Shown piece after piece: positions 25,373 through 38,900 of a stretch of 64,000 nucleotides of DNA (position 1 is the stretch's first letter; every line of letters begins with the position of its first letter). The notes under the pieces are model-generated. The model searched no databases and was not told the DNA's origin. It saw only the letters and a list, made by a program, of their open reading frames with translations. This DNA comes from the human T2T-CHM13v2.0 reference genome, Homo sapiens: the NCBI RefSeq assembly GCF_009914755.1, contig NC_060934.1; one strand, given 5' to 3'. The position numbers and the translations under genes were made by a program.

Positions 25373-28300
25373 TTTTTTGTGGTCCTAGTTACATCTGCTT
25401 GACATTAACTACTGCTGTAACTGAAAAGACAGAAAGAGTTCATAGTGAATCTCCATAAAAGAGCATACCATTTTCAGTACTTTCTCTTATACACATCCAA
25501 GAGGCTTGTATTATATGTATATATTTCAGAAATATTAAAAAAGTAAACATGACAATCCAAAAATGCAATCAGTAAACTATAGGATTACTATTTCTCATGG
25601 CATATATTCCTCATAACACTCCTGTAAACATTGAACTCCATTTTTATAATAAAAGTGTCATTTTTTAATTTATGGACTAACTATAGCTTTGCAGATGTGC
25701 ATCTGGTATATAAAGTTGCTCCCTAACCTTTTGATTTAATGCTTCATTCAAAATCGACGTACTTCATACAACAGGAAAAGATTTCAGAATTATTAGCAGC
25801 TTCTGCTACTTTCTAGAAGAATCTAGCTCTGTGCAGTAGGAACATATCAGGTGATGTGCCCGTGGAGAGCACTGCTGCTATTCTCACTTGCTCTGCGTAA
25901 TTCCAGCTGTGAGTATAGAGGTAAAGAAACTAAATTGAAACTCTTTAATGGCCAGGCACAACTTGCCCACATGATTTCAATATAATTTATAAAATTTGTT
26001 TGACTGTTTTTTCGGTACCAACCAGAAAACGTTATTGTCTGATAAATTCTATATACTGATGGAAAGAAAGAGGATGGAAGCCACATACTTTGCATAAGGG
26101 GCCTCAGCACGCTGCATTTCCATGAGTCTCAACTGCTCCTTTATAGAAGGCCCAAGAGATGATCACTCCTCAAGAAAAATTTTCGAAAGTCAAACAAATA
26201 TAAGAACTTTTTCATTTAAATAAGAAAAATAACCTAATAATGCATTTTATTTTTTGAAAACGATCAAAATATCTTGGACAGATTTCCTGTGTGGTTAACA
26301 GAACACTCTCAGATATGCGCAGCTTAGGGATGAGTTAGAAAGGAAGATAGAAAGATATCGTTTCCCATGATAGCGTTTGGTACATATTTTAGCATAATAC
26401 AAAATTGCTAATGTGAACATGTCAAATATCAATTCACGAATCTCAGATAAATGAATAAAAATGTGAGGTTTTTATTTAAAAAGCTTTAACTCTCTTGAAA
26501 AACAAAGATAATGACTTTTTAAATGTCTAATGAACACTGATCTATTATCCCAGGGGTTTACCAGGAAAACAACATTTTGTAAAAGAACACTGTTGTTTTA
26601 AATCCACATTACACCTCCTAAATCTCCTTGGATATTTTTTTCTACTGACTATAGTCTCCCATTGATGAGGTTGGGCAATCCATAAACACTCTGAATGAGC
26701 CTAAACTACAGGTTGAAAAGTGTCCTTTGTAATTTTTGTGCCTGGTTAGATCACACTCAATTTTTGCTACTTACCACTTGTAAAGGAAATCTATCAAACC
26801 CGTTGAAACATTTATAATGACATTTTAACTCCCTTCCATTGAAAATGCATTGAAAAGTATTCCGTAAGTGCAGTATTTAGAAGGAAGCTATTATTTGGAA
26901 GAGGAGGCAAATGTCTGAACCTGCTGTTTTAAAATTGCTTTCCAAATTCAAGGAAACGTTTTACAAAAGAGGTTCATAATGGAGTCTGAGCCGGGCCCCG
27001 GGGACGTGAATGCCATATTCCCTGTTGCAGCATCTATTGACCCTCAGACGCCTGATAAAACGGAAGACAGATTGCCCTGGTCCTCTGTGTGTTTAAGTAT
27101 CAAGCTGATCCATAACTTTCACAAGAACCAGAAATCATTTATTGTCAGTGCTGTCCAGAATATATCCTGACAGTTCAGTGGGAGTTTCACTGCCATTTAT
27201 TTTCAAATCAATACTCAATTACGAAGAGGAAGATTCACTCCCTTGCCCATTTTCAAGATGAAATTATGGACTGGAGCCATAACACTTAGTCAAGGCAAAC
27301 CACCGTCTATTAACTCAAGATGGTACTGGGAACCAGCCAGATACTTTATTAAAGTTCACTCCTCTCGTTCACTCTTTTTGGCTTTTAATTAATCATTGTG
27401 AAAAAGGCCTTTCACATTGTGACTGATGACCAGAGAAAACAATTTTCTCCTAACTGCCTTTTAATTTCAACTCTGGGAGAGCACATTGACCGAATCTCAC
27501 AACAACCCATCAATGCTAGTTTTTAATGTGTTTTCTCCTTTGTTATTGAGAAGAATGGAGCGCGTTGAAGCCCCATGCTCCTCTTCATAAGTCAAGTAAT
27601 TGATTCAGTAAATGCCGCACATTTGCTACTGGATAAAATGTGCTGTCAATGAAGATACTAGGTACTATATAAATTACTCCATTAAGCAGAAATAAAGCTA
27701 TTTATGGTTTTTAGAGCAAAATGCAAGCAATACTAAAAAGACAATAGAAGAGTGAGATTACATTCATTTCCCTTTTCTGTATGCCACTCCCTGTCTTGGC
27801 TCCATCAGTTATTTGGATAGTAATTAAAATAATAAAAAAATTGAAAGTGGAATGATAACAATAAAAGCTATTCCTCATGGTAGCAAATCTGAACAACCAG
27901 ATTGCTACTGTGTACTTCAATTTTTAAGCTTTGTACACTAAATAGTTGTCACTGAGTTTTAGATTGGTGGGTAAATACACACCCAGTAAAATCTTTCGAA
28001 TGCATTTATTTGATAGAAACCTTTGAACATAAGTGCTAGTATGCACTTCAAAAGATATTAAAATCCAAGCAATTAAAACTATCTGCTGTTTCACAGAAGA
28101 GCATATTTCTAGCAATCAAAATTGAGTACAACCAATCACGGCATAGCAAAGTCATAAAGTTTTATGGAGATGACAGCATTTGGGTGAAATCGCAAATACA
28201 GCAAAAGAATACACTTAGCAATTCTTTCAAGAGAACAGGTTTCATGTTTGATTGTCTCTGACACTGCCTGTTTGAATCAGAGCTATTTTCCAAGACATTC

Positions 28301-29304
28301 TCCCGGCTTTGTGAAATTGTTACTTGCACCAGATCAAAATTGTTCAAAGTCACTGATTTCCTTCCAGGAAAATTATTAGGTATGATTGGAAGGGATTTAC
28401 TTATTTGAAATCCATACCTTCCCTGCCTTCAAAAAATCCTCCACTCTGAAATATAGTCTTGCATTTAAAAAACCTGAAATTAAAAGTTAAGGAAAATCAG
28501 AAATAAGAGAAGGAAGTAAAAATTAACTGCACCTGGAATTTGTAATAAAATTGTTTCTGCACAATATTCAATTGGCATCACGTTCTTAGCAATCAAGAGA
28601 AAAGGGAAATATAAATTGCTATATAGTTTTTTACTTAAAAAATACAAGTTCTTGTGAAGGAAATTTTCATCCGCAGTCTGCTATTTTAATATTATTTTCC
28701 CCTATGCAAAAAAAAATGCTTAATAAACCTTAGATGTTTCATAAATCGCTGGATACATAGATGCAATTAAAATGAGTAAATATATAGGAGAAAAGGGAGA
28801 ACAATAAATAAAATGACACTTTAGTAGAAGACATCCTTCAATGGCTGGATCCTACATTCACGAGTTGTCTTTAGGGGTGTAATATAGCGTAGTGCAGTCA
28901 TATGGCTCTGTAGAAGTCCTTACTCTGGGAAATAACCATGAGCACCTCAATGGTGGAAGGGTCCCTCCAGCTTTCTTTAGCAGCAATCTTGTTAACCACA
29001 TGCTTGCTCTGACAACCTTATCACTTGCCAAGTGCAAGCAGCAGTGTTTGCACTCTTACTATCTCTTACCCACTCTTACTATCAACCACCCACTATGCAC
29101 TGCGTCTGTTTCTGAGTCTCTGTTTCTGAGCTCAGCGCTGCTTAATGCTAGATAATTCGTGTTTCCCATGTTACCCTTGACTCCAGATGAAACAAAGTCA
29201 CACAAACAATACTCAGCAGTATTCCTCGGGTTCTCATTCCCAGCCGCAGGTCCATTTCCAGTCAGCTCTCTCTCATTTAGTGTGGAGTCGCTGGGTGGTG
29301 TTTT

Positions 29305-29329
29305 GCACGCACACACACACACACACACA
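29305..29329. repeat. (CA)n microsatellite
   Basis: Direct reading. Confidence 0.9.
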
Positions 29330-29994
29330 ATTCCAGAAGGTCCTCAGGTTGGCTCGACGGAGCCGCGCTCTGACTGCCGTGGCTCCACTTCTCAAAGCCG
29401 CATGAAGGCAGAGACAGCAACAGCATCCACACGCTGCGCATAAGCTCTTAGCAACCAGTAAAGCCACCGAGGTTGACAAGATGTCATGACACTGTGACCA
29501 AAGGGAGCTGAAGCCACCCAACCAAAAATCCTCCTTGATGCCCTGCATGCAAAGCACACCAACTCTACAAGCCCTGAGTCCCAAAGAAATGCTGAGTTTC
29601 GATCCCGAAGTCACACAGATTCTTCTTTCCAGTGTCTAAGCTGCTGCCCTTTAGCCTCAGAGAAATTCATGGGATTAACTTGGAAGGTAACGGGAGACGC
29701 TGCACTAATAATAACCTTCTCCCCTGCTTATGAGAGTGTTATAGTAGACCCTGGGTATACGCAACTTGTTTGCCTTAGAAGGCACATCCTACAGAAAGGC
29801 TGCTGAGAGCCACGGAGTCTCCAGACAGTTCCAAACCCGGAAGTGACTGCCACTTCTATGTGGGCTGGTGCACTTTATTCTCGAATAATGATGTTTCCAC
29901 ATGGCAGATAAAATGGCCCAAACTAGCTACATCATCTGGGCTAAAGTGCTAAAAGTGGAAGAATGGCAGCATTTTTAGCAGTATCTTCTAATAT

Positions 29995-30135
29995 TCACCA
30001 GTCTTTTATTTATAAAACATAAAATGGAGGCGTAGGAAGATTAAATAATCTTCATAAGATCACACGATTAATGAAAGGCAGATCCAAGACAGAAATCTCC
30101 TTGGTCTCTCCTGATGCTGCCCTGACCTTTTCAAA
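29995..30135 (-). mobile_element. MIR/MIR3 relic
   Basis: AAAATGGAGGCGTAGGAAGATTAAATAATCTTCATAAGATCACACG...GGCAGATCCAAGACAGAA. Confidence 0.55.
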
Positions 30136-30711
30136 TTACGCTTTTTCATTGAATACACAAATATTACAAGTTGTTCTTCATAATGTCCAAGGACTAGAAA
30201 AATGTGCAGATGTATATGAGACATGTATGGTTCAGCTCATTTATATTTTAAACAAAAGTAATATTGTCCCATTTAATAGCAATCCCTATCACAGGTTCCA
30301 CATTGGATAAATTCTTCATCTGAAAGCATCTAAGTAATGAGTGAATTTCAGGCCTCATCTGTCCACTTCTACATCATCTTCCTCAGAGAAATGGTCAATA
30401 TAAAGAAAACTTTCAGTTTGAGGCCATCTTAGGGTGGTGGAGCTAAACCTAGTCTTGCATGGGTAGAAAATGGTCTCACTAACTAAAAATTATCATACAA
30501 GTTGATTATCCTTTAAATCCATACAGAAATGCACACAGAGTTATTATATGATGTTTTGCTCAAGGACATTCACTTGCAAAAAATCACCTCCTACTGGGGT
30601 AAAATTCAGGCAAAGAAAAATTTAATTAAGAGACTACCTCTGAGTATCTTTGGAGGGAAAGTATCACAAACTTTCTAGGAATAGGAGCCAGCTACAGAGA
30701 AAAAGAAAGGT

Positions 30712-30770
30712 ATATATATATGCATATATATGTAAGTATATGCATATATCTATGCATATTTATATATGTA
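30712..30770. repeat. (TA)-rich low-complexity tract
   Basis: Direct reading. Confidence 0.8.
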
Positions 30771-31119
30771 AGTTCTTCTCATCAGATGAGATGTCATCAT
30801 AAAAGTTTAATTTTTTAAAAGACAGGTTGATGCTTTCTGATCAGAGAGGTATTGCTATCAAAGTCATAACCAATGATTGAACATCACTGATTGTCTATCT
30901 GTAAAAAAGCATTTACGTAGCCTGCATAGTAGGCTCTATGTAGACGCTAGGAATAGCAGAAGAGACTCCAGTAAGGGGGCAGTTGAGGAATAGTGCAAAA
31001 TACTCCTGAAGGTTCCCCCTCGCTGGCTCTCATGCTCCAACGTGGCTGACTAGGTCCTCCTGCTTGGCACCTGCAGGACTTTGTATGCCCTGGCTCTTCT
31101 AGGGCTCAGTTCCTGGGTC

Positions 31120-31490
31120 CTCCCACTCCTCCAGCCTCAGGGCTTGTGCAGGGCACCATTCTCTCAGCAAGGATGGTCTTCCCTGCAGCTCATTCTCTTG
31201 TCTCTCACAAGTTTTTATTTAAAGGTCACCTTTTCACAGAGCCCTCCTCTGACCACTTGTGTAAAATTTCACTTTCACCTGCACCCTCTCTCCACACCTC
31301 TAACCAGAATCATGCTTCTCAATGTACACATTATTTTTTGGAAAACTAAATAATTTTCTGTTAAATAACTATCTCTCCCCCTATAACAAGAGATTTTTAA
31401 AAGAATTTTTCCTCTTGCTATTTACCTACCACCAAGAATAGGACCTGGCATATAACAGATAATAAATATTTGTTGATTGAATACATAAAT
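31120..31490 (+). mobile_element. L2a 3' end
   Basis: CCTCAGGGCTTGTGCA, AAAGGTCACCTTTTCACAGAGCCCTCCTCTGACCAC, and terminal CCTGGCATATAACAGATAATAAATATTTGTTGATTGAAT. Confidence 0.7.
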
Positions 31491-31760
31491 ATTATTTTAG
31501 AGACATATACATACATATTTTGGAGACATATACATATCCCCAGAGATAAACTTTACTAAGCATTGCACAATGTATTGATTTATTTGAGTGTCAATTATGC
31601 TAGACAGCATACCAGGTTCTGGGGACATAAAGGTAAACAGAAAGAGAAGATCTCTCCTCTCTCCTTAGGTAGCTTAACCACCTAACATCTGAGACGGATA
31701 TGTATTATATTTTCATGCAAAAATAAGTAAAATTTCAATTGTTGTGAGTTGGAAGGATGA

Positions 31761-32106
31761 TGATATGGTTTAAATGTCCCCTCCAAAACTCATATTGAAA
31801 TGTAATTGCCATTGTGATGGTATTGAGAGGTGGGACCTTTAAGAGGTGATTAAGTGAATGTCTAATCTCTGGGATGAATGCGTATTAGGAAAGGGCAGTC
31901 CAGACTCCCTTTCCTTATCTAGGTTGCACCCTCACCATGTGATGCCTCCTGCCATGAGAAGATGCGTAAGAAGTCCCTCACCAGGTAGAGTCCCTTGATC
32001 TTGGACTTTCTAGCTTCCACAACTGTGAGACAAATAAATCAATTTTCTTTTTTAAATTACCCTGTCTGTGCTACTCTATTACGGCAGCAGAAAACAGACT
32101 AAGATA
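31761..32106 (+). mobile_element. MSTD/MSTC-like solo LTR
   Basis: TGATATGGTTTAAATGTCCCCTCCAAAACTCAT...GGGACCTTTAAGAGGTGATTA...GCAGCAGAAAACAGACTAAGATA. Confidence 0.88.
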
Positions 32107-32412
32107 GACACTTCGTGCATTGAGCACACATGGCTGGGTGAAGAGAGAATGATTCATGAGGATGGCCACAGAAGACTTGAACTGTGAGCCAGAAGATGAG
32201 TGGGGAAAGAGCCTGGTCTTGAGAGCAAATGTGCTCTGGCAAAAGGAGGTGCTAGGTTGGAGTCAGGGAAGAGACCCGCATTCTGAACGGCTGATAAGGA
32301 GGCTGCTTAGGTGAGAATGGAGGTGTGGGTAGCTATGGGACAATCTAAGGCTTTAGGTTCTACTTAGAATTTTGCAACCACCCTGCAGACAAGAAGCCAT
32401 TAAGGTGTTTTA

Positions 32413-32696
32413 CGGTGGCTCATATCTGTAATTCCAACACTTTGGGAGGCTGAGATAGGAGGATTGCTTGAGCTCAAGCATTTGAGACCAGCCTGGGAAA
32501 CATGGCAAAACCCCATCTGTACACAAAATACAAAAGTTAGCTTGGTTTGGTGATGAGCACCTGTAGTTCCAGCCACTCAGGAGGCTGATATGGGAGGACA
32601 GGCTAAGCCAGGGAGGTTGAGGCTCCAGTGAGCCTATATTACACCACTACACTCAAGCCTGGGCTGCAGAGTAAATCTCTGTCTCGAAAAAAAAAA
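32413..32696 (+). mobile_element. AluJ (Jb-like)
   Basis: GGAGGATTGCTTGAGCTCAAG is J-type. A-tail present. TSD GTGTTTTA on both sides. Confidence 0.92.
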
Positions 32697-33361
32697 GTGT
32701 TTTAAGGATGGGACACAATAGGCAAAGAGCAGGTTACATGATTGGATTTGCATTTTACAATTATCCTTGTGGATTTCCATGGGGGAATAGGCAGGACAGC
32801 CATAGACCGTGTGAAGATCCCAGCCAGGAGGCTCTTACAGCAGCCGCAGGGAGCAACAGTGACGGTGGGAAGATGAGGGAAGTGAAGAGAGTCGAGTGTC
32901 TATGTGAGTCAGCTGGAAGGGATCAGTGATTCAGGGAGGAGGAGACACCAAAGATGGTGCATGGTTCTGGGAGTTCACTGAGGTGAGTAACCTGGGTGGA
33001 GCTCTCGAATAGAGTGGAACTCTTAGGGTGAGTTCCTTCAGAAGGAGAGGAAAAGGACAGTCAGAGGGGAGGCAGACTGGATAAGATAAGATGAACAATA
33101 AGCATGGGCAAGGTGGATGGCTTGTAGATGTGATGCTTTGCATGTCCATTTTATATAAAATAGGAAGTAAGATCATCTGTAAAAAGTGATGCAGGAAAAG
33201 GTTTGAAGGGAGTGCAGGTGGTTTGAAATATTGCACCTGTTTATGTGGAGATGGTGAGCAAACAGAGCATAGAGACACACTAGTTGATTCTGCATTTATG
33301 AACATGAAAATGAAACCCATTACTTCTGCTATAGGACACTGAAGGCAAATGATTAAGTAGC

Positions 33362-33735
33362 TGTTATGGACTGAATGTTTGCATCTTCCCAAAATCCATG
33401 TTGAAATCCTAACCTCCAACGGAAGGGTACCAGCAGATGCAGTCTTTGGGAGGCAGTTAAATCATGAGGTTGGAGCTCATAAGATGGATTAGTGCACTTC
33501 TAAGAAGAGATAAAAAGATGGGCTATTCCTCTTTCTCTCTCCACTGTGTGAGGACACAAGCAAGAAGATGCCTATGCTTCACTCCAGGTATCCAGGTCGA
33601 GTGCCCTCCCCAGACGCCAGACCTGCCCGCTCCTTGAACTTGGATTTCTCAGCCTCTAGAACTATGAGAAATAACTGTTTGTTGTGTAAGCCACCCAGTT
33701 TATGGTAATTTGTTATAGAAGCTCAGACTAAGGCT
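33362..33735 (+). mobile_element. MLT1A0-like solo LTR
   Basis: TGTTATGGACTGAATGTTTG...GTTGAAATCCTAACC...GTGAGGACACAAGCAAGAAG...AAGCCACCCAGTTTATGGTAATTTGTTATAG. Confidence 0.88.
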
Positions 33736-35344
33736 GTAGTAAACACCTTTTCTGGTATAATATTATATTAATTTGCTTGAAAAACAGAAAATAGGGCAGG
33801 CAGACTAGAGTCCCCAACTGTGAAGTATCCACCTCCAGTGGCTTCTTTGATGAACAGAGCTCATGGTAAGTCCCCTCAAACTGCAGGATCCATGCAGAAG
33901 TTGAGCATATTCAAACTGCAAATTATCATACTGTTATTTCTATCATGCTGCCATGGTCATCCTTAGACAACATCTGAAATAACGTGTCTAAGAATAATTT
34001 GGTTAAGCTGTCTGATTTGCCAAGCATAAAAGGTGAATTTTTCATCTAAAAATATTGTATTAAGAAACTAAATATACATAAAATATGGTTGAAAAAACTT
34101 GAATATCTGGTCTGTTTTCCACAGTCACAAAATTTGCTAGCTGTCATTACTTCAGTAAGCCTTATAATTGCTGCTTATTCAGAAAGAAAAATTATCATGT
34201 AAAATTATATTTTTAAATTATATTCACTTGAACAAGTGAGATGAAATAGATACCTTACATGATATTCCAAGGGTTTTTGAAAATTATTAGTGCTCAGGGT
34301 ACTGATTACAGGCTCCTATGTATAAAAGTTCTCAGTATGTGCAGTCTGGATTCAGTCTTCCCAGATTCACTCTTCCACTAGGCATCCTCATCCTCTTTGC
34401 TGCCAATTTTAATCAAAAGTTGTTAAAAGTATTTTTTAACTTTAGTTCTTAACTTTAACCAATGACTATATATCTTTCTTAATTTTTAAAAACATGTATG
34501 CTAAAACATGCCCCTGCCATTCATCATTCAAGTCTACTATTCAAAAGGACAGGTTGGAGGTGCTGATAGAATCAAGAATAGATTTGAAGGAATCTCTGGT
34601 TTATACACTTGGGAAGCTCAATAGTAGTTCAATACACAGAGCTCTAATTCTTTTATTCTGTCAGTAATTCTTTCAACAAATATACGGCAAACAAAAGAGA
34701 AAATAGAAGCATTCATCAGGCAACCAGGCAACAGCCATGTGTTGATACTAAATTGAAAACAATTCTTTTTGAGATTTAACCATGTTGTCCATCCTATGGA
34801 TGGACACTGGTTTACTGCATGACCATTCCACAGGAAGTGCATCAATTGTCCTGTTCAAATACTCTTTCTAGATTTTGACTATCCTGAACAAAGCTGATGT
34901 GGACATTACGGTAGCATTATTTTGGCAGAGATACATTTTTATTTAACAAAATAAGTATGTAAGTGTGATGTCAGTGGGAATGCAGAGTAAGGACATCAGA
35001 AAGCCACTCCTCAACAAAAGAATGAGAACACCATCAAAATCAACTGCTTTAGAACTTTCAAGATTCACTATAGAGTTTAATCTGTGGAGTATTGATTCAA
35101 AAACAAAAACAAAATGGCAGAATGTCAGTAAGAACAGTGAGAGTTGTGGCATTTTAATTTTTCTTAAACCATCCTCCTCTCCCCCAGCTTTGCAGTAGCC
35201 TTGAAAACCAACAGCCTCACAATCCACATAAAAGCCAGCAGGCTAGTGGCCCCTGGAGAAAGCATAATGTGTTTGTCGCTTTCCATCAAATTCTCAGGAA
35301 GTTGTTTTAATTTGACTTGTTCTCACAGTTTCTTGAAAACCCCT

Positions 35345-35717
35345 TGATATGGTGTGGCTGTGTCCCCACCCAAATCTCATCTCGAACTGTAGTTCTCATA
35401 ATACCCACAAGTCGTGAGAAGGAGCCAGTGGGAGGTAATGGAATCATGGAGGAGTTGCCTCCATGCTGTTCTCATGATAGTGAGTGAGTTCTCAACGAGA
35501 TCTGGTGGTTTTATCGGGGCTTTTCCCCTTTTGCTCAGCACTCCGCCTTTCTGCCACCCTAGTGAAAAATGACATGTTTTCTTCCTCTTCTGCCATGATT
35601 GTAAGTTTCTTGAGGCCTCCCAGCCCTGCAAAACTGTGAGTCAATTAAACCTCTTTTATTTATAAACTCCCCAGTCTCAGACAATTCTTTATAGCAGCAT
35701 GAGAACAGACTGATACA
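35345..35717 (+). mobile_element. THE1C-like solo LTR
   Basis: TGATATGGTGTGGCTGTGTCCCCACCCAAATCTCATC...GAGAACAGACTGATACA. Perfect 5-bp TSD CCCCT (35340-35344 / 35718-35722). Confidence 0.95.
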
Positions 35718-36551
35718 CCCCTGTTTGCAGGACTTATCTTTATTTGACCCGACTCAGACCTTACTCAGTGCACATAGATATGGGATGTTTGTTGGACATT
35801 TTTAGCAATTGTTGAACGTAGCATCTTCCTGAGGTGGTAAACCACAGGAAAACAGAAACCTTTGGGAAAACAGAAAAAAAGCTGACCAAAAAGCTTAAAA
35901 AGAAAAGCTGTGGAGTGAGAGGTTCACAGGGAGGTTTCAAAAGTTCCAATACATTTCTGAGAATCTAGAAGTCCACATGCATGCTTAATGCTGTATACAT
36001 GCCCAGCGAAGACCTGTGGAAGGCCTAAACTCTCAGCTCTGGTTGAATTTAAGGATCTGTGCAAGCAGAAAGTAAAGGCAAAGACAGAGTCAAAACCACA
36101 CATGTTGAGTCTGGATGGGGTGATGAGACACACACAGTCAGAGAATCCTGGGAGATGTATCGTTCTTGGAAATTTAAGGAAATCTTTATTAAATCATGGA
36201 CTTCTCCCTAAGCCAACTGAGCAGAGACATTATTAACAACAGACAACAAAGAGACCAGATGCTACCGAGTTGGCTGAGGATAGTCACTGAGCAAACAGCA
36301 ACAAGACACCCTAAGAGGGAACTTGTTTCTAGAGTTGCCGCACTACATTATTTAATATATATGTTTTCAACAGCAGCAACAACAAAATGATGATGCATGT
36401 GAAAAAAAACAAGACAGTACAGCTCACACACCAGGAAAGAAGCAGTCAGTTGAAATTCTCCGTGAGAAACCCGAGACATTAGACTCACTAAGCAAATAAT
36501 TTAAATGAGCTGTTTTAAATATGCTTAGAGAACTAAATGAAACCACATTTA

Positions 36552-37025
<474 letters not shown>

Positions 37026-38144
37026 AAAAAAATTAGTGAACTTCAGACAAGTCTGTTGAGATTATTCAGTCTGAAAAACAGAAAGAAAAAATAATAAAGA
37101 AAAATAAGCAGAGCTTCATCCACCCATGAAACTCCATCAGATGAAACAACTTATGAATAATGAGAGTTCCGGAATGAGAGGAAAAAGAGGAGGATAAAGA
37201 AATACTTGAAGAAACAATAGCCACAAACCCCAAATTTGATTAGAGAAAAAAAAACAAAACAAAACAGTATCTACATGTACAAGCAGCTCAACAACTGAGT
37301 AAGATAAACTCAGTGTGATACCCACCTGAACACACACCATAGAGAAACTGTTGAAAGCCAATGATAAGACATAATCTAGAAGGAAGAAAAAGAGAAGTGA
37401 ATTATTACACACAAAGGAGTCTCAATAAAGTTAATAGCTTATTTTTCATTGGAAATTATGACAGTCAGAAGGTGGTGGGATGACATACGCAAGCTGCTAA
37501 AACAAAAAGACTGCTAAACAAAAATTTTATCTAGAATACTGTTTCTCCATGAAAGAAAAGAAATTAAGACATTCCCAAATAATAACAATAAGGAAAATTA
37601 AGTTATTTCTTACATTAACTAGGGTCCTTCATACTAAAAGGAAAGGACATTCAGCAATAACTCAAATCTACATGAATAAATTAAAAGCACTGGTAAAGTA
37701 ACCACATAGGTTAATATCAAAGACGGTATAAATGTAGATTTGTTTGTAACTATTTTTTCTATCTTATTTAAAAAGAAACGTGTAAAAATAAAAATTGTGC
37801 ACCTGTGTTGTTGGACACTTAATGTATAACAACATGATTTGCATGACAATAATAGAAAAATAAGGGGAGAATAGAATGGAGCTGTTAGAAGTAAAGTTTT
37901 TGTTGATTACTGAAATTAAGTAAAAATCAGATAGTTCAGAATATTAGAAATCAAGATGTTAATTGTAATGTTCAGGGAAACTACTAGAATAAAAACAAAA
38001 AAAGCGAAAAAAACCCACAAGAGAATTAAAATGTTATACCAAAAAAAAGTGTTTAACACAAAATAAGGCAAGAATAAAGGAATAGAGGTTAAAAAAAAAA
38101 GGCATAAGGCATAAAGGCAACAGGAAGATGGCAGATATTCATTT

Positions 38145-38825
<681 letters not shown>

Positions 38826-38872
38826 ATAACAGGAATATATAAATGCATTTATTACAGTAATATATATGTGCT

Positions 38873-38900
38873 CACACACACACACACACACACACATATA
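38873..38900. repeat. (CA)n microsatellite
   Basis: Direct reading. Confidence 0.9.

Larger units (their letters stand above)
31570..33000 (-). mobile_element. L2 fragment interrupted by an MST LTR and AluJ
   Basis: Purine-rich antisense L2 pieces at about 31570-31760, 32107-32400 and 32700-33000 (e.g. ACATGATTGGATTTGCATTTTA, CCAGGAGGCT). Confidence 0.6.
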
